This document shows positions 1-12,259 of a DNA stretch of 64,000 bases, one piece after another. The notes below the pieces were generated by a model. The model had not been told where the DNA came from and searched no databases. It worked only from the letters and a program-made list of their open reading frames with translations. Position 1 is the stretch's first letter. Every line of letters starts with the position of its first letter. The translations under genes were made by a program, and so were the position numbers. Origin of the DNA: Centroscyllium fabricii (lineage: Eukaryota); assembly GCA_051313645.2 (NCBI GenBank), contig JBNRSN020000001.1:527620001-527684000 (forward strand), in the 5' to 3' direction.

Positions 1-10
1 GCCCCATTTT

Positions 11-436
11 ATGTACATTGAGCTCCGGGAGAAAATGTCGGCGCTCCTAACAGAGGCAGAGAAGAAGTTTGCTCTAATGGAGCAGTCCCGCCAGGGAGCA
101 TCGCCAGCACCACCTCCACCAGAACCAGCCGCCTCTGTACTCACAACACGCCCCTCATCAACCTCATCCACCCTGCCCATGCAACCTCCTCGTCAGTGGC
201 ACCCACCCTACCAGCAGCAAGGCCAGTGGCACGGACATCAGTCGCAGTGGCACTCCAACACTGTCATGACTCATCCTTGCCATCCCGCTGAAAGTTCCTG
301 GATTGATCAGCAGCCAGGAACTTCAATGCAAAGTGATCCCCACACTTTCACGATCCCTCCAACTGCAGACAGCCAACAGCCTGACATGAGTGCACCACCT
401 GATGACTGCTATGTCCACGTCTCAGCAGGACACTAG
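11..436 (+). CDS. C-terminal Pro/Gln-rich part of the Harbinger second ORF (probable Myb/SANT-like partner)
   Basis: ORF converges on the transposase across an AT-rich spacer, the usual Harbinger layout; the diagnostic N-terminal domain is not visible. Confidence 0.5.
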   Translation: MYIELREKMSALLTEAEKKFALMEQSRQGASPAPPPPEPAASVLTTRPSSTSSTLPMQPPRQWHPPYQQQGQWHGHQSQWHSNTVMTHPCHPAESSWIDQQPGTSMQSDPHTFTIPPTADSQQPDMSAPPDDCYVHVSAGH

Positions 437-775
437 GTGCAATTCAGTTTGGTGATGTTAATTTTAAGTTCAAAAATTTATTTGTTACATGTTATTTCCA
501 AAAAGTTTTGTTTATAAAAATAGTTTTAAAAATGAGTGGTTAAATGTTTTAGTTATAAAAGTTTTTGTATATAATATTAGTTATAAAAAGTTATGGTTAT
601 GTTATAAAAATTTGTGCTTATAGTAATAGTTTTAACAAAATTGTGGTTATATGTTATTTTTTATAAAAATTCGCATTATACCTTGCTTGCTGTTTAAATC
701 CTGGTTTTCTTTTGTTGCATAAAACTTTATTTTTTTCCCACAATAAAAATAACTTTCATATAAAATTTGTCTCAA

Positions 776-868
776 TTTATCCAAGAAGTCACACAACACC
801 AGTTTCTTAGTCCAACGGTTTTATTCAAAATCACAAGCTTTCGGAGCTTCTGCCCCTTCGTCAGGTAA
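776..868 (-). ncRNA. Penelope-like repeat with minimal hammerhead ribozyme
   Basis: Minus strand reads ttacCTGACGAaGGGGCagaaGCTCCGAAAgcttgtga; same family as 47376-47503. Confidence 0.65.
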
Positions 869-1029
869 CACAGACAGACTGAAGTCAAACATCACACATG
901 GGGGAGGGGAGAAATCAGAACTTATACATAGGCAAATTAGCATAGTTTAACACCTCAGTATATTAACCATTTTTATCCATTTATCATCAAATTAAACAAC
1001 ATCACTTGTAATTTTCAAATCACTGAAAT

Positions 1030-2316
1030 TCACACACGCTTGCTCAGTCCTGCCATTCTGTCCTGCCACGGAACAGATCCAGCAGCACTGTTGAAGTATG
1101 CTGTGAGGTAGTCCCTCTGGATCTTGCCCATCTGGTGGTCTATGTTACGTGCAGAGGGGTGTGTAACCGCGTGCATCTGCATGCCGTCCCTCCAGGCTCC
1201 AGGGATGATGCTGTGGTTGTCATCCTCGTGGTCCACCTCTGTGTTTCCAATTGCGGGGAACCTGATCCTCATGAGGTTGTGAAGCAGGACAGCTGTTTCC
1301 ACCATGGTGCACACCATTTCTGGATGTTGTTCCAGGGTTCCAAGGAAGCATCTCCATCTGTTGGCCATTATTCCAAAGGCATTCTCCACCACGCGTCTGC
1401 CCCTTGAGATTCGGTAGTTGGCCACCATCATCTCATCACTGAGACCCCTCCTGGAGTAGGGTTTGATGAGGAAAGTTCTGAGGCCAAAAGCTTCGTCTCC
1501 CAGGATAAAGTAGGGCATGTCTCTGTCATCATTAGGCAGAGGGTCAGCATCAGGGAAGTGGATGGTTTGGTCTTCTATGCATTCCCTCAGTTGTGAGGCC
1601 CCAAATATCTGTCCATCAGATTGATGACCTTGTCCACCAGTGTCAATCCAGATAAACTTATAATCTGCATCCACCAAGGCCAACAGAACCACGGAGAAGA
1701 AGCCCTTGTAATTGTAGTACACACTGCCAGACTTGGGTGGTTTCTTGAGGGCTATGTGTTTGCCATCCAAGGCCCCCAGGGCATGAGGAACATTCCACCG
1801 GTATTGGAACTGGTGGGCAATGGCTTTCCAGTCCTCCTGGGTCCGGGGCAGTGGCATGACCTCGTCCTTTAGTGCTTGAATGATGGCATTGCATACCTCC
1901 TTGATGATCACTCCCACGGTGCTCCTGCCACATCTGAAGTTGAAGTGGAGGGTCGGGTACCCGTCTCCTGTAGCCAGGTGTCTGAGGGTGAGGGCCAGCT
2001 TCAGTCCAGCTTCTAGGGGTGGTCTCAGCCGGGTGTGCTGCCTCTGGATGAAAGGGGTGATCCTTTGGAGGAGCTCATCGAACATCTGCTGTGGCATTCT
2101 CACATAGTTGACGAAGGAGTTCTGATCTTCCAGCCTCAGTTCCTGCAGCAGTCTGTGGTAGTGCCCAAACTCTAGCCTTCTAGCCGGTGTCATCCATGGT
2201 CGAACCCACCAGCGCTTGCGTCTTCTCTGTCTTCTTGGGGGTTCCAAGAACAGCAGGACGTGATAGTGCTCCAACTCTGCAGCCAGAGCCACACATGCTT
2301 TCCATCGAACACCCAT
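1030..2316 (-). CDS. Harbinger DDE transposase (HARBI1-like family), intact 428 aa
   Basis: Motifs WVRPW, LTLRHLATG, GALDGKHI, YYNYKGFFSVVLLALVDADY, ILGDEAF, RRVVENAFG. Confidence 0.93.
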   Translation of the reverse strand: MGVRWKACVALAAELEHYHVLLFLEPPRRQRRRKRWWVRPWMTPARRLEFGHYHRLLQELRLEDQNSFVNYVRMPQQMFDELLQRITPFIQRQHTRLRPPLEAGLKLALTLRHLATGDGYPTLHFNFRCGRSTVGVIIKEVCNAIIQALKDEVMPLPRTQEDWKAIAHQFQYRWNVPHALGALDGKHIALKKPPKSGSVYYNYKGFFSVVLLALVDADYKFIWIDTGGQGHQSDGQIFGASQLRECIEDQTIHFPDADPLPNDDRDMPYFILGDEAFGLRTFLIKPYSRRGLSDEMMVANYRISRGRRVVENAFGIMANRWRCFLGTLEQHPEMVCTMVETAVLLHNLMRIRFPAIGNTEVDHEDDNHSIIPGAWRDGMQMHAVTHPSARNIDHQMGKIQRDYLTAYFNSAAGSVPWQDRMAGLSKRV

Positions 2317-2789
2317 TGTACAAATGACAGGTTCAGCAGGGGTTCAGGGTTTTTTTAAATGCTGGAATATGCCGGAATATCAACAGAAATGCCAACTATC
2401 AAAATCAATTCTTAGATGATTCTTAGAATTCGTAACTAATTCGTGGAGTTCGTAGTGGATTCTTAATTAATTCTTGCAATTCGTGGTGGATTCGTGAGTG
2501 ATTCGTACCTCATTCGTAAAATAATTCGTGATAGATTCGTAACCTTGTCCAGAATCGCCAAGAATTCACCAAGAATCGCCAAGAATCCACCAAGATTTTT
2601 CGCATTTCTTGCAGAATCACCAAGAATCGCCAAGATTTTCGATTCTTGACGATTCTTGAGATACTTGGCATTCTTAGCCTCCAGTGAAACTAGGGCATTA
2701 TGGGGGAAAAGCAGCAGACTGGCTACGGAAATCCATCCAAAACAGATTACTTTTAACAATGAACCACTGATTTTAAAGGTATTTATTAG

Positions 2790-3180
2790 GAACATAGAAC
2801 ATAGAAGATAGGAGCAGGAGTAGGCCATTCGGCCCTTTGAGCCTGCCCCGCCATTCAATGAGATCATGGCTGATCATCCAAACCCCGCCCCTGCCCTCTC
2901 CCCATATCCCTCTCGAGCCTACACCGACACATATCCCACCCTCTCCCCGTAACCCCACATATTCAATCCCCCTAACACTAAGGGTCAATTTATCCTGGCC
3001 AATCAACCTAACCCGCACATCTTTGGACTGTGGGAGGAAACCGGAGCACCCGGAGGAAACCCACGCAGACACGGGGAGAATGTGCAAACTCCACACAGAT
3101 AGTCACCCGAGGCTGGATTTGAACCCGGGTCTCCAGAGCTGTGAGGCAACAGTGCTAACCACTATGCCACCGTGCTGCCC
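2790..3180 (-). mobile_element. tRNA-derived V-SINE (HE1-like) with CR1-type tail
   Basis: A/B boxes, V-domain TGTGTGGAGTTTGCACATTCTCCCCGTGTCTGCGTGGGTTTCCTCCGG, GAATGGCCTACTCCTGCTCC tail with (CTATGTT)n. Confidence 0.85.
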
Positions 3181-3315
3181 CATTGCATGGTCTTCCAGAC
3201 AAAACATGTGTTTTGGGACATTTAGAATGTGTCCTATATTCAATAATTGCATTTAATGTCAAGCATTGTAATCTCCCATGCCTGCAAGAGCTGGCAGGCA
3301 TAGAGGATTGTAATA

Positions 3316-3369
3316 CAGGTTGAGAACCGTTAATCAGGACACCGGTAATCTACTAACTTCAGTCATCCG
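3316..3369. mobile_element. Terminal fragment of a Tigger/pogo-like MITE, host of LTR element A
   Basis: TA-CAGGTTGAG start; matches the reverse complement of the right end of MITE 38403-38737. Confidence 0.55.
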
Positions 3370-4412
3370 TGTTGTGTATATGCCTTTAAACTATATGCTG
3401 GGCACTACTTTATGTGGTGCCGTAATACTGCAGTACTTAGGCCAACCACTAGAGTATATAAGTTTGTGCGTGGAGCGATATGCTCAGAAGAGGAGTAGTC
3501 GTCGGTTGGTTGTAAGTCTCAGTCAGTTCCATACTCTGTAGTTGATGAATAAACACCTATTTGTTTTACACCCTGGAGTCGAGTCCGTTGTTATATGAGA
3601 CGCATAGCATGGACTTAACAATGGCGACGAGGTCGGTCGAATCCACAGCGGTCTAGAAGAAAAACAAAGGCTTTTCTCAAAGCCAAGAAGGAAAAGGAAA
3701 GAAAAATTATTTGAACATTTTTTTTCATCGGCGACCGTCGACTGCAACGATACACCCTGCACTCCAAAAGAGGGAGTGGCAGTGATTCTATTTGAAACAG
3801 AGGGAACAGAGACAGTCAGCACTCCAACATCGGGAGTGGCGTTGGCACTAACGGCACAGCCAGCACTCCAACATCGGAGAGCAGCAGCTACGTTAACGGC
3901 AGGAGATAGGCCGCAACATCGGCAGACGTCGAGGTACACACTCGACCTGCATCGGTATAAGACGCCGACGGCGCAGACACCGCAAAATAAAAGGCAGGGA
4001 GGCAATCGAAGCCACAGTCAACGGAGGCAGCCACCACTGGTTAAGACAAGGGGGGGAAGCTAGCGAGCACCCCAGCCAGCGGGCGTGGCAGCAGTCAACA
4101 TCGGGGCCCTAAGAAACAGATCGCTCTACCCAGGACCACGCCAGACCTCAGACAACGAGGCCGGAGAGGGCAAGAAAGATAAGAGAAACGGGCGATCGCT
4201 GGAAAAGAGGGCGAAGAATCGTTAACAGCAGAAAAAAACACGTGGATAGAGGGTGCGAAGAATCGCTAAGGGTGCAAAAACACACAATAAGGGTGCGAAG
4301 AGACGCAATCTTGAACGCCATTATGGCAGGAAGAAACGCGAAAAAGGGCGCAAAAAGATGGAAAAGGGCGCGAAGAGACGCCATTTTGAACGCCATCTAG
4401 GGAAGCCCAACC

Positions 4413-5560
4413 ATGGCAAAAGCAAACACCTTTGGGGCCTTCCAGATAGAAAGGGAAGACTGGGAAGCATACCTAGAAAGGTTCGCTATTTACTGCAAAG
4501 TACAGGCAGTAATGGACGAAAACAAAGCTAACACCCTGCTAAATGCAATGGGGCCTGAAACTTATGGATTGTTGAGAACCCTGGTGTCCCCAGAGAAGCC
4601 AGCTAACAAAACGCTACAACAAATTATAGACATCTTAAAAGAGAATGTGAACCCCATACCACCATTCATAGCAGAACGCTTCAAGTTCTTTAAACGTGAA
4701 CAACAAAAAGGAGAGTCACAATCCGAATATCTGACAGAACTCAGAAGATTGTCTAAAAATTGTGTTTTTGGAGACAAACTGCCCAATTACTTAAGGGACA
4801 GATTTGTGTGTGAAATTAAAGATGAAGCCACCCAAAAGAGACTGTTAGCTAAAAAGACGCTCACATTAGAGCAGGCAACCAAAATTGCAGCAGCACACGA
4901 GGCAGCTGCTTTGGGGGCAGCAGATATCAGAAACAAGGGGATATGCTGCGATGCTCATGAAGTTACAACCCACACTAATAGATGCTATCAGTGCGGCAAG
5001 ACCACACACGACCAGACCAAGTGCTGGTCAGAAACAAAAATTGTCGACAGTGTGGCAAGATAGGGCATATAGCAGCAGTATGCAAATCTGGGAAATGAAC
5101 TAAAATAGTTCAGAAGCAGACCAGGTCTAGAAAGGACAGGGAGGTGCACAACCTGTCCGAGGATGGCTCGGATGATGCGTCAGAATCTTTCACACCAGAG
5201 GACATGGGGCTGGGAAGTCTCAGGATTCACGGTATACACATCACCACAGACTGTCGGCCCATATGGATAACACTAAAAGTCTCTGGGGTAAACATGGAGA
5301 TGGAGCTGGACATGGGTTCAGCCCTCTCAGTAATTAGTGAGAGAGATTATAAAAAGTTTTTTTGACATATTCCCTTAGAAGAGACACCAGTGGTCTTCAG
5401 GACGTACACTGGACAAGAATTCCAGGCAGTGGGGAGGTTGCCCGTGATGGTACAATGCAAATCCAGGAAGGTGACAGGACTGCACCTGTATGTTGCAAAG
5501 AGCAGGTGATCACCACTCCTGGGGCTGGAATGGATAAGAAAAATTAACATCGGTTGGAAC
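4413..5560 (+). pseudogene. gag: Element A gag and aspartic protease, frameshifted
   Basis: EDWEAYLERF, IAERFKFFKREQ, LRDRFV, CYQCGK zinc knuckle; protease MELDMGSALSVISE. Confidence 0.85.
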
Positions 5561-5567
5561 TTGACCC

Positions 5568-7048
5568 ATGGCTTACACACAGATGCTGCCAAAAGTTGAT
5601 ACAATCACTTCGGCCAGACTGGATAGAAACCAGATGAATATTGTCCATCTAACTAAGGGACTACAGGAAGCACAAGACCAAATTAAATTGTGGCAGACTA
5701 CACAAAGTAAGTGGCAGTCTCAAAACAATGAGATGAAACACAACAACCAATCAGCACTTCAGGCTATGGAATGCGAACTTCAAAGAGAAAGTGATCGACA
5801 GAGAAGGTTGGTGGAAGAGAAGCTATGACAACACCGGCTTCAGCTCAACCAGCAGATGCAAGGACTGCAGCTCCAGCTTAACATTGGCCCAGAAATTGCA
5901 GTGGAGCCTTCGTGCGGGTGCAGTACCTGCTTAACGCACTTGAACTGCCCATATTCAGTTTTGCTTTTTTGCACTGAGAAATTCCCGTTAGCCCAGCCTG
6001 TCAGAGCTCTGTGCGAGTTTCATGGGCTTCTGAAGGGTGTAATTAGTGCGAGATGGCTTTTGAGACCACCTGATTGGCAGGGAGCCAATCAGTGGAACCA
6101 ATTCTCCATTCAAAACTTCCACAGAGAAATCTGTGCGAGTTTTGAATGGAGAGATTCCCAAAAGACATCTAAACACAAAAATAAAATTTTAAAAACACCA
6201 CATTTTTTAAACATTACTCCAACTAACACAAATAACCTATTTTAAAGAAAAAATAAAAATTTGTAGAAAAATCTTTCTACTTCCAACAGGTCTAAAAAAA
6301 TACTTACCTGTCTTTAAAGTTATCAACAATTAAAAACCTGAAAAAACAACAATTAAAATCAATAAAATACACAATTACCAGATAAAAACGGGTGTTTACG
6401 ACTCCTATTTTCCAGCGTTGAATTTTCTGCTCTTGGTCCGTAGAAAAACTTTTTTAAAATATCGGAATGACTGGGTGATCCCGTAGTTCGCTACTTCCTG
6501 CGCTGGACCTCGCAGGAAGCAGTGACCCCCCCCCCGCTGGGCGGCACAAGAAAACCCGAAGCTGCGCTACCGGCTGCTTCCTGCGGGTTTAAGCTCTGGT
6601 GCGCTCGCAGAGCTTAAACCCGATATGCGCAGACTGCAATTTCTGGGCCAATGTGTTACCGCAGGAGAATGATTCACTGGAGATCAATAACAAACGGCAA
6701 GCTGATCTACAAACCTCCAAAGCTACAGTGGCTGCATTGAAGGAAAGAAATGGATCACTGGAGGAGATGCACCAGGAAACAAAAACCCATAACGTGGACC
6801 TGGACAAAGAAATGGACAAATTTCATGCTCAGGTACAGGAGCTGCGTGAAAAGCACCTGCTAACAGTGCAGATTTTTCCGAACCCGGAGGAACTGTCGGT
6901 AATGGAACAGGAGGAAGAGCAATTGGAGGAAGATAAGGTTGAGGCTCAAATGCACGGCTACCAGATTGCAGATGCAGGCCATCCGGTCAGGGAGCTGACT
7001 GTGAAGAGAAAGAAAGGAAAACCTCATAGAAGAACTAAAAATCGTTAA
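5568..7048 (+). pseudogene. Coiled-coil ORF of element A, split by a MITE
   Basis: Q/E/K/L-rich helical ORF pieces rejoin in frame when MITE 5886-6649 and one TSD copy are removed; one internal stop near 5826. Confidence 0.55.
5886..6649. mobile_element. Harbinger-type MITE
   Basis: TIR GGCCCAGAAATTGCAGT...ACTGCAATTTCTGGGCC; ATT/AAT 3-bp flanks. Confidence 0.8.
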
Positions 7049-7485
7049 AATGGTGAAATGTTAGAATGTTCAAATGTATAGAGTTGATGTACAATGTTGC
7101 TAAGAAAGGTACTGTGTGACGAAGGTTGGAAAGAAACTGAACTTGTAAACAATGTGATAATGTACATTAACCATTGTTGTAATTGACGTATCGTCAAGGT
7201 CTTCAATTAAAAGAGTCGACGCGTAGTTACCGAAACTAAAGGCTTTTAATTACTAAAGAACGGAGCTACTCTCCTTACGAACTACTATACAGGAATGGAT
7301 GGAGCCTCGGTCAGACCACACCTATATCGGGGCCTCACCTGGGGGAGGAGTCGGGGGTGTGGCTGACCTGGTTCCCAGCAGTGTCATAGTAAACAGGGCT
7401 GTGCCTAACATCTGCACAGCCCATCATTAGCAATGGTGATACAGTGGTAATATAGCTGTAAGACGGTTACCACATTCACCCCTTC

Positions 7486-8799
7486 TTAAAAACTTTGAGT
7501 CCGGGGGGGGGGGGGTGAATGGATCGAACAGTTCATAATTAGTCTGTCCGGCGGTCGTGTCTGCCTGGCGGACCGCCGGAGCTCCGGTGTTGGTGGTGAT
7601 GCCTCCATGGTCGAATAGCCCGCATCTGTCGGCGCTGTGACTTCAGGTTGCGGTGGGCTCGGCTGGTCCCCGGCATCCGGGTCGCAGACGGGGAAACTCA
7701 GGGGCCATGTTGTGTCTGGTGTTTGAACGACCTGCTGCCCCGCAGGGGGCGCTGTGGTGGTGTTTCCGGCAGGGGCCAGGTCCCTGATGGACACGGTGTC
7801 CTCACGCCCGTCTGGGAACTGCACAAAGGCGTAGTGCGGGTTCGCGTGTAGGAGCTGTACCTTGTCCACCAGGGGGTCCGTCTTGTGGCTCCGGACATGC
7901 CTTTTAAGCAAAACCGGCCCCGGAGTCGTCAGCCATGGAGGGAATGCTGTCCCCGAAGTCGACCTCCTGTTAAACGAGAAAATAAGATCGTGCGGGGTGG
8001 CGTTAGTAGCAGTACATAACAGTGATCTGATAAAGTGCAGCGCATCTGGGAGGACTGCCTGCCAATGGGACACTGGAAGGCCTCTGGACTTCAGAGCCAG
8101 GGTGACCGCCTTCCAGATAATCCCATTCTCCCTTTCTACCTGGCCATTCCCCCGGGGGTTATAACTGGTTGTTCTGCTCGTGGCAACCCCTCTCTGGAGC
8201 AGAAACTGGCGCAGTTCATCGCTCATGAACGATGACCCCCGGTCGCTATGGATGTAGCTGGGGAGACCGAAAATGGCGAACAGCGTGGTGAAGTGTTTGA
8301 TCACCGTTGCGCTCGTCATGTCTGGACATGGGAAGGCGAAGGGGAAGCGGGAGAACTCATCTACTACCGTGAGGAAGTATGAGTTGCGGTCGGTGGAAGG
8401 GAGGGGGCCTTTGAAGTCCACGCTGAGACGTTCAAAGGGGCGGGTGGCCTTGATGAGGTGCGTCGTGTCTGGCCGGAAAAAGTGGGGTTTGCACTCGGCG
8501 CAGACAGGGCACTCTCGGGTTATAGCCTTGATCTCCGTGATGGAGTAGGGGAGGCTACGGGATTTGACGAAATGGGCGAGTCTGGTGACACCCGGGTGGC
8601 AAAGGCGGTCGTGGAGGTCCTTCAGCCGGTCTAGCTGGGCACTGGCGCACGTTCCCCTGGACAGTGCGTCCGGGGGTTCGTTGAGTTTGCCTGGTCGGTA
8701 AAGAATGTCGTACTCGTAAGTCGAGAGTTCGATCCGCCACCGCAGGATCTTATCATTCTTGATTTTACCCCGTAGTTTATTGTTAAACATAAACGCCAC
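7486..8799 (-). pseudogene. pol: Element B pol 3' part: end of RNase H plus integrase
   Basis: HHCC (LHDRLCHPG...CPVC), SVDFKGP, VDEFSRF, HSDRGSSF, GNGQVER; continues pol 13981-15252 across insertion C. Confidence 0.92.
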
Positions 8800-9028
8800 T
8801 GAAGCGTGGTCGCTGGCTTAATTAAAGACGACTAGTAGATACCGTTAATACTAGGCTTTTAATTAATAAAGAATGAAGCAGTAGGTTTCGTACAGTAATG
8901 GACTGAGGCAAGTTCAGACCTCACCTTTATAGTGCTCCACCTGGAGGGAGGAGTCGGAGGTGTGGCTGACCTGGCCCCAGCAACATATCAACACACAGGT
9001 ATTACAACAATGGGAACCCATATAAGGA

Positions 9029-12009
9029 TTACCCCAAATAAGGGTTACCACATTCACCCCTTGTTAAAAACTTTGAGTCCGGGGGGGGTGAATGCATAGA
9101 ACAGTTCATAATAAGTCTCTCCGGCGGCCGCGTGAGTCTTGCGGACCGCCTGGGTTCCGGTGTAGGTGGTGATGGCCCTATGGCCGAATCGTCCGCCGCC
9201 GTCGGTGCCGCAGCTTCATGACGTGGTGGGTTCTGCTGGACCTCGTCTCGTGCATCAGTGGGGAAACCTGGAGGCCCTCTTGTGGTTAATGGTAGGTGGA
9301 CCTGCTGGCCAGCTGGAGGAGCAGGGGCCAGGTCCCTGAGGGACACGGTGTCCTCACGCCCGTCTGGGAACTGCACAAAGGCGTATTGTGGGTTGGCGTG
9401 TAGTAGCTGTACCATGTCCACCAGGGGGTCCGTCTTATGGCACCGGGCGTGCCTCCTAAGGAAGACTGGCCCAGGGGTCGTCAGCCATGTTGGGAGTGCC
9501 GTCCCGGAAGATGATCTCCTGCTGAAAGAGAAAACAAGATCGTGCGGGGTGGCATTAGTAGCTGTACACAACAGTGACCTAATAGAGTGCAGTGCGCCTG
9601 GGAGGACTGCCTGCCAGTGGGACACTGGAAGGCCTCTGGACTTGAGGGCCAGGGTGACCGCCTTCCAGATAATCCCATTCTCCCTTTCTACCTGGCCGTT
9701 CCCCCGGGGGTTGTAACTGGTCGTTCTGCTCATGGCGACCCCTCTCTGGAGCAGAAACTGGTGCAGTTCATCGCTCATGAACGATGACCCCCGGTCGCTA
9801 TGGATGTAGCTGGGGAAACCGAAGATGGCGAACAGCGTGGTGAAGTGTTTGATCACTGTTGCGCTCGTCATATCTGGACAGGGGAAGGCGAAGGGGAAGC
9901 GGGAGAACTCGTCCACTATCGTGAGGAAGTATGAGTTGCGGTCGGTGGAGGGGAGGGGGCCTTTGAAGTCTACGCTGAGTCGTTCAAAGGGGCGGGTGGC
10001 CTTAATGAGGTGCGCCGTGTCCGGCCGGAAAAAGTGGGGTTTGCACTCGGCGCAGACAGGGCACTCTCGGGTCATAGCCTTGATCTCCGTGATGGAGTAG
10101 GGGAGATTATGAGTTTTGACAAAATGGGCGAGTCTGGTGATACCCGGGTGGCAGAGGCGATCGTGGAGGTCCTTCAGCCGGTCTAGCTGGGCACTGGCGC
10201 ACGTTCCCCTGGACAGTGCGTCCGGGGGTTCATTGAGTATACCTGGTCGGTAAAGAATATCGTACTCGTAAGTCGAGAGTTCGATCCGCCACCGCATGAT
10301 CTTGTCATTCTTGATTTTACCCCGTAGTTTATTGTTAAACATAAACGCCACCGACCGTTGGTCGGTGAGCAGGGTAAAACGCTTACCGGCCAGGTAGTGA
10401 CGCCAGTAGCGCACGGCCTCCACAATGGCCTGGGCCTCCTTTTCCACTGCTGAGTGGCGAGTTTCGGGTCCCTGTAAGGTGCGGGAGAAAAACGCTACGG
10501 GCCTGCCTGCCTGATTCAGGGTGGCAGCGATGGCAAAGTCCGAAGCGTCACTCTCCACCTGGAAAGGGATGGATTCATCAACAGCGACCATGGCCGCCTT
10601 GATAATATCTTCCTTTATCTTATCGAATGCCTTTTGGGCTTCTATAGAAAGGGGGAAGAGTGCAGCCTTGAGGAGTGGTCTAGCCTTGTCTGCGAACTGT
10701 GGGACCCATAGTGCATAGTAGGCGAAAAGTCCTAGACATCTCTTCAAGGTTTTAGGGTTGTGAGGTAAGGGCAGTTCTAGCAGGGGTCGCATCCGAGGCT
10801 GGCGAGCCGGGTTGTATTAAAGACACACTTGTCTTTGTTATACGTAAGGTCCAGCTTAGCCGCCGTGGCGAGGAATTTGGCCAGATTGGCATCGTGGTCC
10901 TGCTGGTCGTGGCCGCAGATGGTCACGTTGTCCAGGTAGGGGAAGGTGGCCTGCAACTCGTTCTGGTCAACCATGCGGTCCATCTCACGCTGGAAAACTG
11001 ACACCCCGTTGGTCACGCCGAAGGGGACCCAGAGGAAGTGGTAGAGCCGGCTGTTCGCCTCGAAGGCGGTGTAGGGACGGTCAGTTCTCCGGATCGGGAG
11101 CTGGTGATACGCCGATTTAAGGTCGATCGTAGAGAACACCTTGTACTGGGCGATCTGATTGACCATTTCCGAGATGCGGGGGAGTGGGTAGGCGTCGAGC
11201 CCGGTGTAGCGGTTAATAGTCTGGCTGTAATCGATAACCATCCGATGTTTCTCGCCAGTCTTAACGACTACAACCTGGGCCCGCCAGGGGCTGGTGCTGG
11301 CTTCAATGATCCCCTCCTTTAGCATCCGCCCGACCTCCGACCTGATAAACGTGCGATCCCCCTCACTGTACCGCCGACTCTTAGTGGCGATAGGTTTGCA
11401 CTTTGGATCGAGGTTGGCGAACAGCGAGGGGGGCTCGATTTTCAGGGTGGAGAGGCCGCAGGCCGTGGTCCGCTTTGGGAGGAGACTGTCCCGGCTACTG
11501 AGGGTGAGTGGGGGAAGAGTCCCGCCGAACTCCATTGTCACACTCTTGAAGTGGCTCTGGAAGTCCAGACCTAGTAAGGCTGGGGCACACAACTGCTGGA
11601 GGGTATACAATTTAAAATTACGGTACACGCGTCCCTGGACGGTGAGCGTGACGGAGCAGTAGCCGGTGACGTCCGCAGTGTGGGACTGTGAAGCTAATGA
11701 GACCTGGTAGTTAGTGGGCAGGACCTGCAGTCCGAGGCGCCGCACTGTATTAGGATGTATAAAGCTCTCGGTGCTGCCCGTGTCAAAAAGGCAGTTGACC
11801 GTGTGATCGTTGATCTTGATTGGCCTTATGGAGTTAGACAGGGTGTGGGGCTTGTCCTGGCTAACTGTAAGGCCGGTCGCCGCTGAAGAGGGTGGCGTAC
11901 AAAATGGCTGCCTGGATGCGACCTGACAAAATGGCTGCCCTTCCAAAAATGGCCGCCCCTCACAAGATGGCCGCCCCCCTTGCTCGCACGTGGGGGGGGG
12001 ACCTGACAA
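9029..12009 (-). pseudogene. pol: Element C pol (PR-RT-RNaseH-IN), frameshifting deletion near 10790
   Basis: CLFDTGS, VPFGV, YLDN, SDASD, DDE integrase; two abutting ORFs with the YVVENGVLG segment missing. Confidence 0.92.
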
Positions 12010-12259
12010 GATGGTCGCCCCTTACAAAATGGTCGCCCCGTACAAAATGGCCGCCCCCTTTGTTCACACGTGGAGGGGACCTGACAAAATGGCCGCCCTC
12101 ACTGGGGGGGGGGCCTGGGGAAGGACAAAATGGCTCCCCTGGCTCACTCCATGCGGGATCTGTGGGGAGACAATGGATTGCAGTACTGGGGGAAGACAGT
12201 CGATTACAGCACATCGGGGAATCTGAAAAACAGAATGAGGTTAGTTGGTGTTCAGGGTT

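Larger units (their letters stand above)
1..2697 (-). mobile_element. PIF/Harbinger DNA transposon, right portion (left end outside window)
   Basis: Transposase ORF plus a convergent second ORF; terminus CCAGTGAAACTAGGGCA followed by TTA (2698-2700); subterminal AGAATC(G/A)CCA repeats at 2550-2640. Confidence 0.85.

Noticed and set aside
1030-2316. Domesticated host gene HARBI1
   Set aside because: Intronless, with TIR, TTA flank and convergent partner ORF, so it is a transposon copy
6300-6310. ATACTTACCTG, the U1 snRNA 5' end (also 46123-46133)
   Set aside because: Only 11 nt match with no U1 body; it is the reverse complement of a splice donor
5568-7048. env gene in element A
   Set aside because: No signal peptide, fusion peptide or transmembrane helix visible
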